From: Bacteroidales bacterium UBA1725
Lineage (GTDB): Bacteria; Bacteroidota; Bacteroidia; Bacteroidales; UBA932
Assembly: GCA_002315815.1 (NCBI GenBank)
Contig: DCIN01000061.1
Coordinates: 1 to 50,496 of the forward strand
DNA length: 50,496 nucleotides
Reading direction: 5' to 3'
Part shown: positions 20,298 through 30,805 of the stretch, piece after piece
How the letters are laid out: each line of letters starts with the position of its first letter
Position numbering within the stretch: the stretch's first letter is position 1
The notes under the pieces: model-generated
What the model was told of the DNA's origin: nothing
Seen by the model: the letters and a program-made list of their open reading frames with translations, nothing else
The model's database searches: none
Made by a program: the position numbers and the translations under genes

Positions 20298-20552
20298 ATG
20301 TTACTTACAATGATTCTTCAGACGGTTGCAGGTGCGGCTCTCGGAAAAATGGGTGCGGCCATCGGTGCGGCTGTTGCTGCTATTGCTGCAGCAATCGGTA
20401 TTGGAAAGATTGGTAAGGCTTCTCTCGAGGCCGGTGCACGTCAGCCCGAACAGGCCGGTCATTACCGTATGACGGCCATCATCATCGGTGCGCTTGTGGA
20501 AGGTGCTTGCCTTTTCGCAATCCTTGTCTGCCTCATAGGTATCAACAAATAG
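20298..20552 (+). CDS. atpE: Fo subunit c (probably H+-coupled)
   Basis: ARQPE loop and ALVEG. Lacks the Q...ES/T Na+-binding signature. Confidence 0.95.
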   Translation: MLLTMILQTVAGAALGKMGAAIGAAVAAIAAAIGIGKIGKASLEAGARQPEQAGHYRMTAIIIGALVEGACLFAILVCLIGINK

Positions 20553-20556
20553 ACTT

Positions 20557-21063
20557 ATGTCCCTGATTACACCGGATTTCGGTCTGTTTTTCTGGATGAC
20601 GTTGATTTTCGTCTGCGTTTTCATCCTCCTTGCCAAGTTCGGCTTCCCTATGATTACGGGGATGGTCGATAAACGCGCCGAACGTATCGAGGCGAGCATA
20701 GCCAAGGCAAAAGAGGCGGAGCAGAGAATCTCGTCCATTGCCGCTGAGCAGGAGAAGATGCTTGAGGAAGCGCGTGCCGAACAGGCCCGCATTCTCAAGG
20801 AAACTTCCGATGCACGCGATCGGATGATCGCCAAAGCAAAGGATGATGCGCGTGCTGAGGCTCAGAAAATGATCGAATATGCCAGAATCCAGATTGCATC
20901 CGAAAAGGAAAGTACCTTGAGGGATATACGCCGTCAGGTTTCCTTGTTGTCGGTGGAGATTGCGGAGAAGATAGTCAGGAAGAATCTCGAGAAGGAGTCA
21001 GATCAGCTTGCCCTCATCGACAAGCTTTATGACGAGGCGGTGCAAATCACCAAGAACAATTGA
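20557..21063 (+). CDS. atpF: Fo subunit b
   Basis: N-terminal transmembrane segment (PDFGLFFW), coiled coil, AEKI. Confidence 0.95.
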   Translation: MSLITPDFGLFFWMTLIFVCVFILLAKFGFPMITGMVDKRAERIEASIAKAKEAEQRISSIAAEQEKMLEEARAEQARILKETSDARDRMIAKAKDDARAEAQKMIEYARIQIASEKESTLRDIRRQVSLLSVEIAEKIVRKNLEKESDQLALIDKLYDEAVQITKNN

Positions 21064-21077
21064 TGAACGACTGACTG

Positions 21078-21557
21078 ATGAATACGGGCATCATAGCTTC
21101 CAGATACGCGCAGGCACTGCTTCTTTTGACCCGGGAGTCGGGCAGGGGGGAGCAGGTGTGCAATCAGATTCGTGCCATCCTCGACAGTCCCGGGGACGCT
21201 CTGCCCAGCTCGTATGAGCCTGATTTGGAGAAACTTCTGGCCCTTCTGAAGAAAAACGGTCGGCTCGACTACCTCAAGTTCATCTTGCGTTCATTTGTAG
21301 AAAAGTATTATGAATCCGTAGGTATAGGTCTTGCAACTCTGACCACGGCCGTACCTGCCCCCGAACTTGGAGAGAAACTCTGCAATCTTGTCTACGAAGC
21401 GACAGGCTTCAAAGTCCTGCTTGACAGCCGTACGGATCCTTCCATTATCGGGGGGTTTGTATTCGATGTCGAGGACCACGTGTTCGATGCGAGCGTCAAG
21501 TCACAGTTGGATAAACTCCGTCGCGATTTCATCGAGAAGAATACAAGAATAGTTTAG
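21078..21557 (+). CDS. atpH: F1 delta
   Basis: IASRYAQAL, DPSIIGGF, DASVKSQL; 159 aa. Confidence 0.92.
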   Translation: MNTGIIASRYAQALLLLTRESGRGEQVCNQIRAILDSPGDALPSSYEPDLEKLLALLKKNGRLDYLKFILRSFVEKYYESVGIGLATLTTAVPAPELGEKLCNLVYEATGFKVLLDSRTDPSIIGGFVFDVEDHVFDASVKSQLDKLRRDFIEKNTRIV

Positions 21558-21566
21558 AAACAGTTT

Positions 21567-23150
21567 ATGTCGCAGAATGCAATAAAGCCCAGCGAAATTT
21601 CAGCAATACTCCTCGAACAGCTCAAGGGGATAGACACTTCAGTCCAGTATGAGGAAACAGGCTATGTACTCCAGGTGAGCGATGGAGTGGCCCGCATCTA
21701 CGGGCTTGTAAATGCTCAGGCAGGAGAATTGCTGGAGTTTGCCAGCGGAGTCAAGGGTGTTGTGATGAACCTCGAAGAGGATAATGTGGGTGCCGTTCTT
21801 CTCGGACCTACAGATCAGATATGCGAGGATATGAAGGTTCGCAGGCTCGGGCGGATTGCCGGTATTCCCGTAGGAGAGAAATTACTGGGCCGAGTGGTCA
21901 ATCCCATCGGCGTTCCTCTGGACGGTCTCGGGGAGATTGAGGGCGAAGTTCTGCGTATGCCTTTGGAGCGCAAGGCCCCCGGAGTCATTTTCCGTGAGCC
22001 TGTGACTCAGCCTCTTCAGACCGGTATCAAGGCCATCGATGCGATGATTCCCATCGGCCGCGGTCAGCGTGAGCTCATTATCGGCGACCGTCAGACAGGC
22101 AAGACAGCCATAGCCATAGACACCATCATCAACCAGAGGAGCAATTATCTCGCCGGAGATCCGGTTTATTGTATCTATGTGGCAGTTGGACAGAAAGGTT
22201 CCACCGTCGCTTCCATTGTTGACACCCTGCGTTCAAAGGGTGCTATGGATTATACGGTCGTAGTGGCCGCTACAGCTGCCGATCCTGCCGCCCTCCAGTA
22301 TTACGCTCCGTTTGCCGGTGCGGCCATTGGTGAGTATTTCCGTGATACCGGACGCCACGCTCTTGTTGTTTTTGACGATCTTTCCAAGCAGGCTGTCGCA
22401 TATCGTGAAGTATCTCTGATTCTGCGCCGTCCGTCGGGACGCGAAGCCTATCCGGGAGACGTTTTCTATCTTCATTCCCGTCTGCTTGAGAGAGCGGCCA
22501 AGATAATATCCCAGCAGGAAGTTGCAGAAAAGATGAACGACCTGCCCGATTGTCTGATAGGCAAGGTAAAGGCGGGAGGTTCACTCACTGCGCTTCCGAT
22601 AATTGAGACCCAGGCCGGTGACGTATCTGCATATATCCCCACCAATGTGATTTCCATCACCGACGGGCAGATATATCTTGAGTCGTCCTTGTTCAATTCC
22701 GGATTCCGTCCCGCCATCAATGTCGGCATCTCGGTGTCCCGAGTCGGTGGATCAGCTCAAATCAAGTCAATGAAAAAGGTGGCCGGTACCTTGAAGATAG
22801 ACCAGGCCCAGTACAACGAACTGGAAGCATTCTCCAAATTCTCGTCTGATATGGACAAGGTCACTGCAATGACACTTGACAAGGGTCGCAAGAACAACAA
22901 GCTCCTTGTTCAGCCTCAATACAGTCCTATGCCTGTGGGTGAGCAGGTTGCCATACTTTATTGCGGCACTCACGCACTTATGTCCGGTATTGGAATAGAC
23001 AAGGTCCCCGCATTCCAGAAACTTTTTCTGGAAAAGATGCGTGCCACACATACTGACGTGCTCGATGAAATATCGTCAGGAAAGCTCTCCGACGAATCCG
23101 TAAAGACCATTGAGGAGGAGGCCTCTCTGACTTGCAGACAATTGTTGTAG
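21567..23150 (+). CDS. atpA: F1 alpha
   Basis: [36 protein letters not shown]. Confidence 0.98.
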   Translation: MSQNAIKPSEISAILLEQLKGIDTSVQYEETGYVLQVSDGVARIYGLVNAQAGELLEFASGVKGVVMNLEEDNVGAVLLGPTDQICEDMKVRRLGRIAGIPVGEKLLGRVVNPIGVPLDGLGEIEGEVLRMPLERKAPGVIFREPVTQPLQTGIKAIDAMIPIGRGQRELIIGDRQTGKTAIAIDTIINQRSNYLAGDPVYCIYVAVGQKGSTVASIVDTLRSKGAMDYTVVVAATAADPAALQYYAPFAGAAIGEYFRDTGRHALVVFDDLSKQAVAYREVSLILRRPSGREAYPGDVFYLHSRLLERAAKIISQQEVAEKMNDLPDCLIGKVKAGGSLTALPIIETQAGDVSAYIPTNVISITDGQIYLESSLFNSGFRPAINVGISVSRVGGSAQIKSMKKVAGTLKIDQAQYNELEAFSKFSSDMDKVTAMTLDKGRKNNKLLVQPQYSPMPVGEQVAILYCGTHALMSGIGIDKVPAFQKLFLEKMRATHTDVLDEISSGKLSDESVKTIEEEASLTCRQLL

Positions 23151-23160
23151 TTGAGAGAGA

Positions 23161-24162
23161 ATGGCGTCGCTTAGAGAAATAAAGGACCGGATAGGTTCCG
23201 TGAAGTCCACGCTGAAGATTACTTCGGCGATGAAGCTTGTTGCGTCGTCCAAACTCCGCAAAGCCCAGAAAACAATCGAAGGCTTGCGTCCGTACGAGGA
23301 GGCACTCACGGATATTCTGGCTTCTTTGAGCAGGCATCATTCTTCTGTTGCAGGACCAGATGATGGATATGCGGGATATTCTGACAATATAGGATATTCC
23401 GAAAATGCAGGATATTCGGAAAATGCGGCGAATGAGAAGTATGAGAAGAATGGGGCGGATGGAAAAGAATTGAAGAACGGAAAGATTGCCGTGGTGGCCG
23501 TGAGTTCCAATTCTTCACTCTGCGGAGGATTCAACGGCAATGTCATCAAGAAGACTCTGGAAGTTCTCCGGGAGTATGAAGGTTCTGAAATTGTCGTGTA
23601 CAGCATTGGAAGAAAGATGTCGGAAGCTATGCGCAAGGCCGGATTTCCGTCTCCTGCAGATTATTCGGATATGGTGGCCCGCAGCACCTATGATAAATCT
23701 TCTGCTCTTGCCTCACGTCTCGTCTCTATGTACTCGGATGGCGAACTTGACAAGATTATACTTGTGTACAACCATTTTGTCTCCACGTCCAGACAGATTC
23801 CGGTAGCGGAGGTCTATCTCCCGTTCTCTGAGGGAAAAGGCCCGGAAAGAGAGGATTGTCCGAAACCAATGGAAGAAGACAACATCGATTATTGCGACGA
23901 TGACTGTATCGATGACTACATAGTCGAACCCTCCAGGGATGAGGCATACAAAACCCTGCTTCCTCAGGTGCTGATGCTTAAGTTCCACGCCGCTGTTCTG
24001 GATTCCGTTGCTGCTGAGCAGGCAGCAAGGACTGTGGCTATGCAGACAGCCACCGACAATGCAGAAGACCTTCTTTCCGATCTGACATTGATGTACAACA
24101 AGGGTCGTCAGCAGAAAATCACCTCGGAGATACTTGATTTGATGGGAGGCTCGATGCAGTGA
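23161..24162 (+). CDS. atpG: F1 gamma with two low-complexity insertions
   Basis: KITSAMKLVA, SLCGGFN, EQAARTVAMQTATDNA, NKGRQQKITSEI. Confidence 0.97.
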   Translation: MASLREIKDRIGSVKSTLKITSAMKLVASSKLRKAQKTIEGLRPYEEALTDILASLSRHHSSVAGPDDGYAGYSDNIGYSENAGYSENAANEKYEKNGADGKELKNGKIAVVAVSSNSSLCGGFNGNVIKKTLEVLREYEGSEIVVYSIGRKMSEAMRKAGFPSPADYSDMVARSTYDKSSALASRLVSMYSDGELDKIILVYNHFVSTSRQIPVAEVYLPFSEGKGPEREDCPKPMEEDNIDYCDDDCIDDYIVEPSRDEAYKTLLPQVLMLKFHAAVLDSVAAEQAARTVAMQTATDNAEDLLSDLTLMYNKGRQQKITSEILDLMGGSMQ

Positions 24163-25681
24163 CGATGCGCAGTCCGTCGGCTGCTCCGCCAGTTTTGAGG
24201 ATGTCGATATTCGGGTCCAGTCTGTTTCCAAGCATCGTTTGCATTGATAATTTTCTGCCGGCACTTCCGGTTTTAGTTCCGTTGGAGTAACCTGCCAGTC
24301 TCAAAGCTTCTGCCAGCATACTTTCTTCAGGATTGCCCAAAGGATAACCGTCCATCGGATTGTCTGCAACGGGACAGTCCGGGGTGAATCCGTCCGGCAT
24401 ACAGGGAGTATTGCCGTTCTTGTCGGCGAAGCGTGCCACCATCAGATACATTCCCCAGTTCTGTGTGTAGTTGATTCCGCCGTTGTAATTTTTTTCCTTT
24501 ACATAGTCCTTGTACATTTCGTACCATTCAATGGAACTGACCAGCATACCGGTGCAGAATTTGCCGGCGGTTGTCTCGCCTACAAGAGTGATGTCAAGAT
24601 ATGGCAAAAGGCCTGTCACGATGCTCTCCGATGCCGATGCCGTCCCGCGTCCGGTTATCACATACAGTTTCGATATCCCGATATTGTGACCGTCTGTGCT
24701 GTAGCTGACTTCCTGCCCGCTGTCTTTGTCATAGTATGAGAAAGAAGTCTTGAATGGTTCCTCCTGGATTCCGTCCTGTGAAGTGATGGTTGCATTATAA
24801 TAACTTTTCTCATAGACACTTCCGTTTGCTACATCCTTCTGGGGCGCCAGCATCGAGGCAAGTGCCGACTCTACGACAACGTATCCGCCCCCGTTGTATC
24901 TCAGATCCAGAATCAGTTCGCTGATTCCTTCATTTCTGAAATAATCGGCGGCTTCGATGATCCTTGGCCAAGAATTCTGGGTGAACGAGGTATAGTGAAG
25001 GTAGCCGACTTTTTTTCCGGAACAATCAAAAACCTTGTAGAGCAGCACAGGGTCTTCGTACATCTTCTTCGGTGTCACCAGGACTTTGTCCCCGGATTTC
25101 AGTTCCAACGTGACAGTCTTGCCGCCATACAGGCCGTTCCTTATGAGAGATGCGTAATTATCAGTAGTCAGTGGGTTCCCTCCTATCTTCAATATCAGGT
25201 CGCCTCGCTTTAGTCCGGCCGCCTGTGCCGGGCTGTCGGGATAGCAGTAAGTCACCACTGCACACAGTTTTGTTCTGTATTCGTCATAATAGTACAGCAC
25301 AACATCAGCTCCGATGGTCTTCTCCGTTCCGGAAATGCTGCCGAGGAGCGAGCTGTAGTTATCGCTCATCTGGCTCCATTCGTCTATTTCCTTGCCGGAA
25401 GAATCTTTGTAGCGTATCTGCTTCACCTGCGAAACAGGGTCGCATTCCATACTCCAACTGTCAATGGCATCAGAGATTTCATCATTCCACAGATAATATG
25501 TCCGGGTGAGATTCCGGCCGAAGTAATTGACGTAATATTTCGTCAGTGCTGATGTCTCCTGCTGTTGTTCCTTCTCCTCGTCCTCTCCGCTTTGCTGGTT
25601 CTCCGGATTCATATTCTTGCTGCAAGCCGTGACGGTAAGCAGAGCGATAAACAAGGATGCTGCTGAATATGTTAATCTCAT
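24119..25681 (-). CDS. S41-family peptidase with PDZ domain, lipoprotein
   Basis: Lipobox VTAC, YYLWND, SPAQAAGLKRGD (PDZ), LILDLRYNGGG, TASASE, TAGK. Start placed at MRLTYS. Confidence 0.9.
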   Translation of the reverse strand: MRLTYSAASLFIALLTVTACSKNMNPENQQSGEDEEKEQQQETSALTKYYVNYFGRNLTRTYYLWNDEISDAIDSWSMECDPVSQVKQIRYKDSSGKEIDEWSQMSDNYSSLLGSISGTEKTIGADVVLYYYDEYRTKLCAVVTYCYPDSPAQAAGLKRGDLILKIGGNPLTTDNYASLIRNGLYGGKTVTLELKSGDKVLVTPKKMYEDPVLLYKVFDCSGKKVGYLHYTSFTQNSWPRIIEAADYFRNEGISELILDLRYNGGGYVVVESALASMLAPQKDVANGSVYEKSYYNATITSQDGIQEEPFKTSFSYYDKDSGQEVSYSTDGHNIGISKLYVITGRGTASASESIVTGLLPYLDITLVGETTAGKFCTGMLVSSIEWYEMYKDYVKEKNYNGGINYTQNWGMYLMVARFADKNGNTPCMPDGFTPDCPVADNPMDGYPLGNPEESMLAEALRLAGYSNGTKTGSAGRKLSMQTMLGNRLDPNIDILKTGGAADGLRIVTASSLPSNQVSPR

Positions 25682-25882
25682 AATTATAAATGGTATTCTT
25701 GCCATAGGGTGCAATTTAGCAATAAAAAACATAAAAATGTTCATTATTGTATTGAAAAATAATACCGGAGATGATGAATAATTATATAATTTCTGTACAT
25801 TTGCAAGTTTTTTGGTGTAAAAAACAGGAGTTTGAGTGATTGGAGTGTATAATTATTCGGTTTAATAATCAATAAAAGGCTT

Positions 25883-28800
25883 ATGAAAACAGCTAGGATT
25901 TTGTTTTCGGTGCTGTCTCTCTTCCTTTCTGCGGTACTGGGTTACGCCCAGCAGACCGTAAAGGGAACTGTGACCGCCGAAGATGACGGATTGCCGGTAA
26001 TCGGCGCATCCGTATTCGTAAAAGGCAGTTCGACTATCGGTACTGTCACCAATGTTGACGGTCAGTTTGTTCTGAATGTGCCGAGTTCTGCAAAAGAACT
26101 CGTCATATCCTTCCTCGGATATCTGGACAAGACTGTCTCTGTTGCTCCTAATCTTACGGTCATCCTCCAGCCCGATGCCAATATGCTCGAGCAGGTGGTC
26201 GTGACCGGTATGCAGAAGATGGACAGGCGCCTCTTCACCGGTTCAACCGTGAAGATTGGCGGAGCGGAGTCCAAACTTGACGGTGTCGCCGACATCAGCC
26301 GTTCCCTCGAAGGAAGGGCAGCCGGTGTTTCCGTTCAAAATGTATCCGGTACTTTCGGAACAGCACCCAAGATTCGCGTCCGCGGTGCCACTTCCATCTA
26401 CGGTAGTTCCAAGCCCCTCTGGGTTGTGGACGGTGTCATTATGGAAGATGTTACAGAAGTGGATTCCGACAATCTCTCTTCCGGTGATGCTGAGACCCTC
26501 ATCTCTTCCGTAATCGCCGGACTCAATGCCGATGATATCGAGAGTTTCCAGATTCTCAAGGACGGTTCCGCGACTTCCATCTATGGTGCACGTGGAATGG
26601 CGGGAGTCATTGTCGTCACAACCAAGCGTGGTAAGGCCGGCAGCAACAAGATCAGCTATACAGGTGAATTCTCCACCCGTCTCATCCCCAGCTACAGCGA
26701 CTTCAACATTATGAACTCGCAGGAGCAGATGTCGGTTTACCGTGAGATGGAGGCTGGCGGTCTGCTAAATTTCGCGGAGACCTACCGTGCTTCCGACAGC
26801 GGTGTGTACGGCAAGATGTACAGGCTCATCAATACTTACGACAGTCTGTCAGGGGAATTCGCGCTTGCCAATACCACTGCGGCCAAAAACGCATATTTGA
26901 GGGAGGCGGAATACCGCAACACCGACTGGTTCCGCGAACTCTTCAGCACTTCCATCTCTCAGAATCACGCCATAAGCCTGTCTTCCGGTACGGATAAGGC
27001 GACATACTACGTGTCTCTGAGCCTTATGAACGATCCGGGCTGGTACAAGCAGAGCGGAGTCAAGCGCTATACTGCCAACATCAACGCCCAGTACAAGATA
27101 TCTCCTAACCTGAGCGTCAATCTCCTCGCTATGGCTGCATACCGTGATCAGAGGGCTCCCGGCACTCTGGGACAGAATGTGGATGTCGTTTCGGGAGAAG
27201 TGAAGCGTGATTTCGACATCAACCCCTATTCCTACGCTCTCAACACATCCCGTACTCTCGACCCGAACGAATACTATACGAGGAACTATGCTCCCTTCAA
27301 CATTCTGAACGAGTTGGAGAACAACTACATCAATCTTGATGTGGTGGATACCAAGTGGCAGGCCGAACTGGACTGGAAGCCTTTGCGACAGCTCGAGCTT
27401 TCCGCTCGCGGAGCATATCTGTTCTCCACCACTACCCAGGCCCACGAGATACACGACAGTTCCAACCAGGCTATGGCTTACAGAGCGATGGACGATGCCA
27501 CCATCAGAGATGCCAACAGCTGGCTCTACACCGATCCCGACAATCCGAACTCTCTTCCCATTTCCGTCCTTCCTAACGGAGGTTTCTATACAGAGAAGAA
27601 ATACAGGATGCAGAGCTATGTATTCCGCACCACTGCCAACTACAACGACACTTTCAACGGAACCCATATCGTAAACCTTTTCGGTGGTATGGAAATCAAT
27701 GCGGTTGACAGAAGGCAGAGTTACTTCAACGGTGTCGGAATGCAGTACGATATGGGTATGACTGCCAAATATGATTACAGGTATTTCAAGCAGCTTGCCG
27801 AAGAGAATGCCAATTATTTCACTTTGACAGAAACAAGATCGCGCTCTGCGGCCTTCTTTGCGACAGGCACCTATTCCTATAAGGGCAGATATACGCTCAA
27901 CGGCACTTTCAGATATGAGGGTACGAACAAACTCGGAAAGAGCCGTCTGGCACGCTGGATACCTACCTGGAATGTGGCTGGAGCCTGGAACGTTCACGAG
28001 GAGAAATGGTTCCAGCAGCAGAATGTTCTTTCCAACCTGACTCTCAAGGCATCCTATTCTCTTACCGCCGACCGCGGTCCGGACAGTGTGACCAACTCTC
28101 TGGTCGTCATCCAGAATTATAATCCCTGGAGACCTTTCACCAACGTGTCCGAGACAGGACTTCAGATAAAAGATCTGGAAAACAGTGAACTCACCTACGA
28201 GAAGAAGCACGAGTTCAGTTTCACAGCCGAAGTCGGCTTCCTGAAGAACAGAATCAATATGGAAGCCAGCGTTTTCAAAAGAAACAACTATGACCTCATC
28301 GGATTGGTGAACACAATGGGTATTGGCGGCCAGATTGACAAATATGCCAATATCGCGTCTATGAGTTCCAAAGGTTTCGAATTCACCCTTTCCACGAAAA
28401 ACATCGACAACAAGGACTTCAAATGGAACACTGACTTCATTTTCTCCAACGCCGAGACTGTTGTGACTTCTCTGAAAACCAACGCCAGAGTCATTGATAT
28501 GATTACCGGTAACGGATTCACTATGGAGGGATATCCTCACCGTTCTCTCTTCTCCATCGACTACAGGGGACTCAATGACGAGGGTCTTCCCACCTTTGTC
28601 AACGAAAACGGGGAAGTGACCGTAAGTGACATCTACTTTCAGGAAAGAGACAACAAGGACCATCTGATATACGAAGGCCCCACCGAGCCCACAATCACGG
28701 GTTCGTTCGGTAACGTATTTACATACAAGGGCTTCAGGCTCAATGTATTTATGACATATTCCTTCGGTAATGTAATCCGTCTGGACCCTGTATTCAGCAG

Positions 28801-29203
28801 CAAATACACCGATTTGGACGCTATGCCCAAAGAGTTCAAGAACAGATGGACAATGTCCGGAGACGAGGCCAAGACCGATATTCCCGTCATTGCATCTGCA
28901 AGGCAGAGGGCTGAAGACAATTATCTGTCGTATGCATATAACGCCTACAACTATTCAACAGCCCGCGTAGCCAAGGGAGACTTCATCAGGATGAAGGAGA
29001 TTTCTCTCTCATACGACTTCCCCAAGAAGTGGGTTGAGCCCATCAAGGTGAGCGGTCTGTCTCTCAAACTGCAAGCTACGAACCTCTTCCTGATATATGC
29101 CGACAAGAAACTCAACGGACAGGATCCTGAGTTCTACAATACCGGCGGTGTGGCATCTCCTATGCCCAAGCAGTTCACTCTCACATTAAGGCTGACACTC
29201 TAA
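25883..29203 (+). CDS. SusC/RagA TonB-dependent transporter
   Basis: PLWVVDG, DIESFQILKDGSATSIYGARGMAGVIVVTTKRG, LTYEKK, GQDPE. Confidence 0.96.
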   Translation: MKTARILFSVLSLFLSAVLGYAQQTVKGTVTAEDDGLPVIGASVFVKGSSTIGTVTNVDGQFVLNVPSSAKELVISFLGYLDKTVSVAPNLTVILQPDANMLEQVVVTGMQKMDRRLFTGSTVKIGGAESKLDGVADISRSLEGRAAGVSVQNVSGTFGTAPKIRVRGATSIYGSSKPLWVVDGVIMEDVTEVDSDNLSSGDAETLISSVIAGLNADDIESFQILKDGSATSIYGARGMAGVIVVTTKRGKAGSNKISYTGEFSTRLIPSYSDFNIMNSQEQMSVYREMEAGGLLNFAETYRASDSGVYGKMYRLINTYDSLSGEFALANTTAAKNAYLREAEYRNTDWFRELFSTSISQNHAISLSSGTDKATYYVSLSLMNDPGWYKQSGVKRYTANINAQYKISPNLSVNLLAMAAYRDQRAPGTLGQNVDVVSGEVKRDFDINPYSYALNTSRTLDPNEYYTRNYAPFNILNELENNYINLDVVDTKWQAELDWKPLRQLELSARGAYLFSTTTQAHEIHDSSNQAMAYRAMDDATIRDANSWLYTDPDNPNSLPISVLPNGGFYTEKKYRMQSYVFRTTANYNDTFNGTHIVNLFGGMEINAVDRRQSYFNGVGMQYDMGMTAKYDYRYFKQLAEENANYFTLTETRSRSAAFFATGTYSYKGRYTLNGTFRYEGTNKLGKSRLARWIPTWNVAGAWNVHEEKWFQQQNVLSNLTLKASYSLTADRGPDSVTNSLVVIQNYNPWRPFTNVSETGLQIKDLENSELTYEKKHEFSFTAEVGFLKNRINMEASVFKRNNYDLIGLVNTMGIGGQIDKYANIASMSSKGFEFTLSTKNIDNKDFKWNTDFIFSNAETVVTSLKTNARVIDMITGNGFTMEGYPHRSLFSIDYRGLNDEGLPTFVNENGEVTVSDIYFQERDNKDHLIYEGPTEPTITGSFGNVFTYKGFRLNVFMTYSFGNVIRLDPVFSSKYTDLDAMPKEFKNRWTMSGDEAKTDIPVIASARQRAEDNYLSYAYNAYNYSTARVAKGDFIRMKEISLSYDFPKKWVEPIKVSGLSLKLQATNLFLIYADKKLNGQDPEFYNTGGVASPMPKQFTLTLRLTL

Positions 29204-29221
29204 CAGCAAGGAGGAATCATT

Positions 29222-30778
29222 ATGAAAAATTACAGTATTATAGCATTGATTGCCGCATCCGCACTTACTCTGGCCGCTTGCGACAAATATCTTGACGTGG
29301 TGCCGGACAGCAGGGCAGTCCTGGATTCAGAAGAGAAAATCACGAGTCTGCTCGTTTCCGCATACCCCACCCATTCCCTATACCTCCACGAGGAATTCGC
29401 GTCCGACAACACTATGGACAATGGTTCCAATTTCACCGTTTCCACGAAAGACCACGAGGAGGCTTATCTCTGGGAGCCCGTGAACACCCAGACCAATGAC
29501 TGTACCAAGAGCATCTGGAATGACGGATTCAGCTGTATTGCCGCCGCCAACCAGGCAATCGCCGCCATCAAGGACCTCGGCAATCCTGCCAGTCTCGACG
29601 CTCAGAAGGGAGAAGCTCTCCTGTGCAGAGCTTACTCGTACTTCCGTCTGGCCAATCTATATTGTCTTGCTTACGATCCCGAAACGGCAGACAAATGCTT
29701 TGGGCTTCCCTACAACACAGAGCCCGAGACTTCGGTGAAGCCGGAATATCACAGAGGAACCTTGAAGAGCCTGTATGAGCACATCAGCGCTGATATCGAA
29801 GAGGCACTTCCTCTGGTGGATGACAACATCTACACAGTGCCCAAGTATCACTTCAACAAGAAGGCGGCTTATGCCTTCGCGGCCAGGTTCAATCTCTATT
29901 ACCACAATATGGACAAGGTGATAGAATATGCTACGGTTGCTCTTGGCTCCAACCCACAGAAGAGTATGAAGGATTATGCGAGCATCAGTACGGCGGCTTC
30001 CAACTTCGAGCTGCGTTGCAATATGTATTTATCCGCAAGTGATCCGGGCAACTTTATGCTCCATACAGCATATTCTTCTTTTGCATATTACTGGGGGCCT
30101 TATTCACTCGGCAAGAGATATGGAAATTCCAAAGAGCTTTTTACGAACGAAGGTCCCAGAGCCGCCACCGGTCCGTGGGGCTCGTATTCCTATCTGTATT
30201 TCTCCAAAAGCGCTTGGGGATTTGAGCAGAAACTTGCTCTTCCCAAGAATTATGGCTACTTTGAATACACCGACAAGACTGCCGGAATAGGTTACCGCCA
30301 GAACGTCAATCTCGCGTTCTCCGGAGACGAGACCATTCTCTGCCGTGCCGAGGCGTATGCACGCAAGGGGGAACTTGATCTTGCCGTCAATGACATCAAT
30401 ACTTGGATTTATACCCACACTTCCAACAAGAAGACTTTCACAAAGGCTCAATTGGTTGAGCACTACACCAAGATCAAGTGTATGCCCCTGCACGTCACCA
30501 AGGCAAGTGACAGAACTATCAAGAAGGAGATAAATCCTGTCGGTTTCACCATTGCTGAAGGAGATCAGAAGGAAATCATACAGTGCATCCTTCACCTGCG
30601 CCGTATTGAGACTGTGGGAGAAGGACTCAGATGGGAGGACATAAAGCGCTATGGTATCGAGTTCGCCCATAACAGAGAAGGTATGGATGATGACGTACTT
30701 ACACTTGACGATCCAAGAAGGGCTTTCCAGATTCCGGTGGATGTCATAGATGCAGGACTTGAGCCGAATCCCCGTTAA
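29222..30778 (+). CDS. SusD/RagB lipoprotein
   Basis: Lipobox LAAC, GEALLCRAY, L.RAEA, RRIETVGEGLRWEDIKRY, terminal NPR. Confidence 0.93.
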   Translation: MKNYSIIALIAASALTLAACDKYLDVVPDSRAVLDSEEKITSLLVSAYPTHSLYLHEEFASDNTMDNGSNFTVSTKDHEEAYLWEPVNTQTNDCTKSIWNDGFSCIAAANQAIAAIKDLGNPASLDAQKGEALLCRAYSYFRLANLYCLAYDPETADKCFGLPYNTEPETSVKPEYHRGTLKSLYEHISADIEEALPLVDDNIYTVPKYHFNKKAAYAFAARFNLYYHNMDKVIEYATVALGSNPQKSMKDYASISTAASNFELRCNMYLSASDPGNFMLHTAYSSFAYYWGPYSLGKRYGNSKELFTNEGPRAATGPWGSYSYLYFSKSAWGFEQKLALPKNYGYFEYTDKTAGIGYRQNVNLAFSGDETILCRAEAYARKGELDLAVNDINTWIYTHTSNKKTFTKAQLVEHYTKIKCMPLHVTKASDRTIKKEINPVGFTIAEGDQKEIIQCILHLRRIETVGEGLRWEDIKRYGIEFAHNREGMDDDVLTLDDPRRAFQIPVDVIDAGLEPNPR

Positions 30779-30805
30779 TTGTCAGGCCATTAATAAGAAA
30801 TCATT

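Noticed and set aside
26849-28663. 604-aa antisense ORF inside SusC, and similar ones at 11590-12501, 7827-8639, 19139-19930 and 4406-5098
   Set aside because: These are shadow ORFs opposite well-supported genes, expected from codon bias, with no recognisable motifs.
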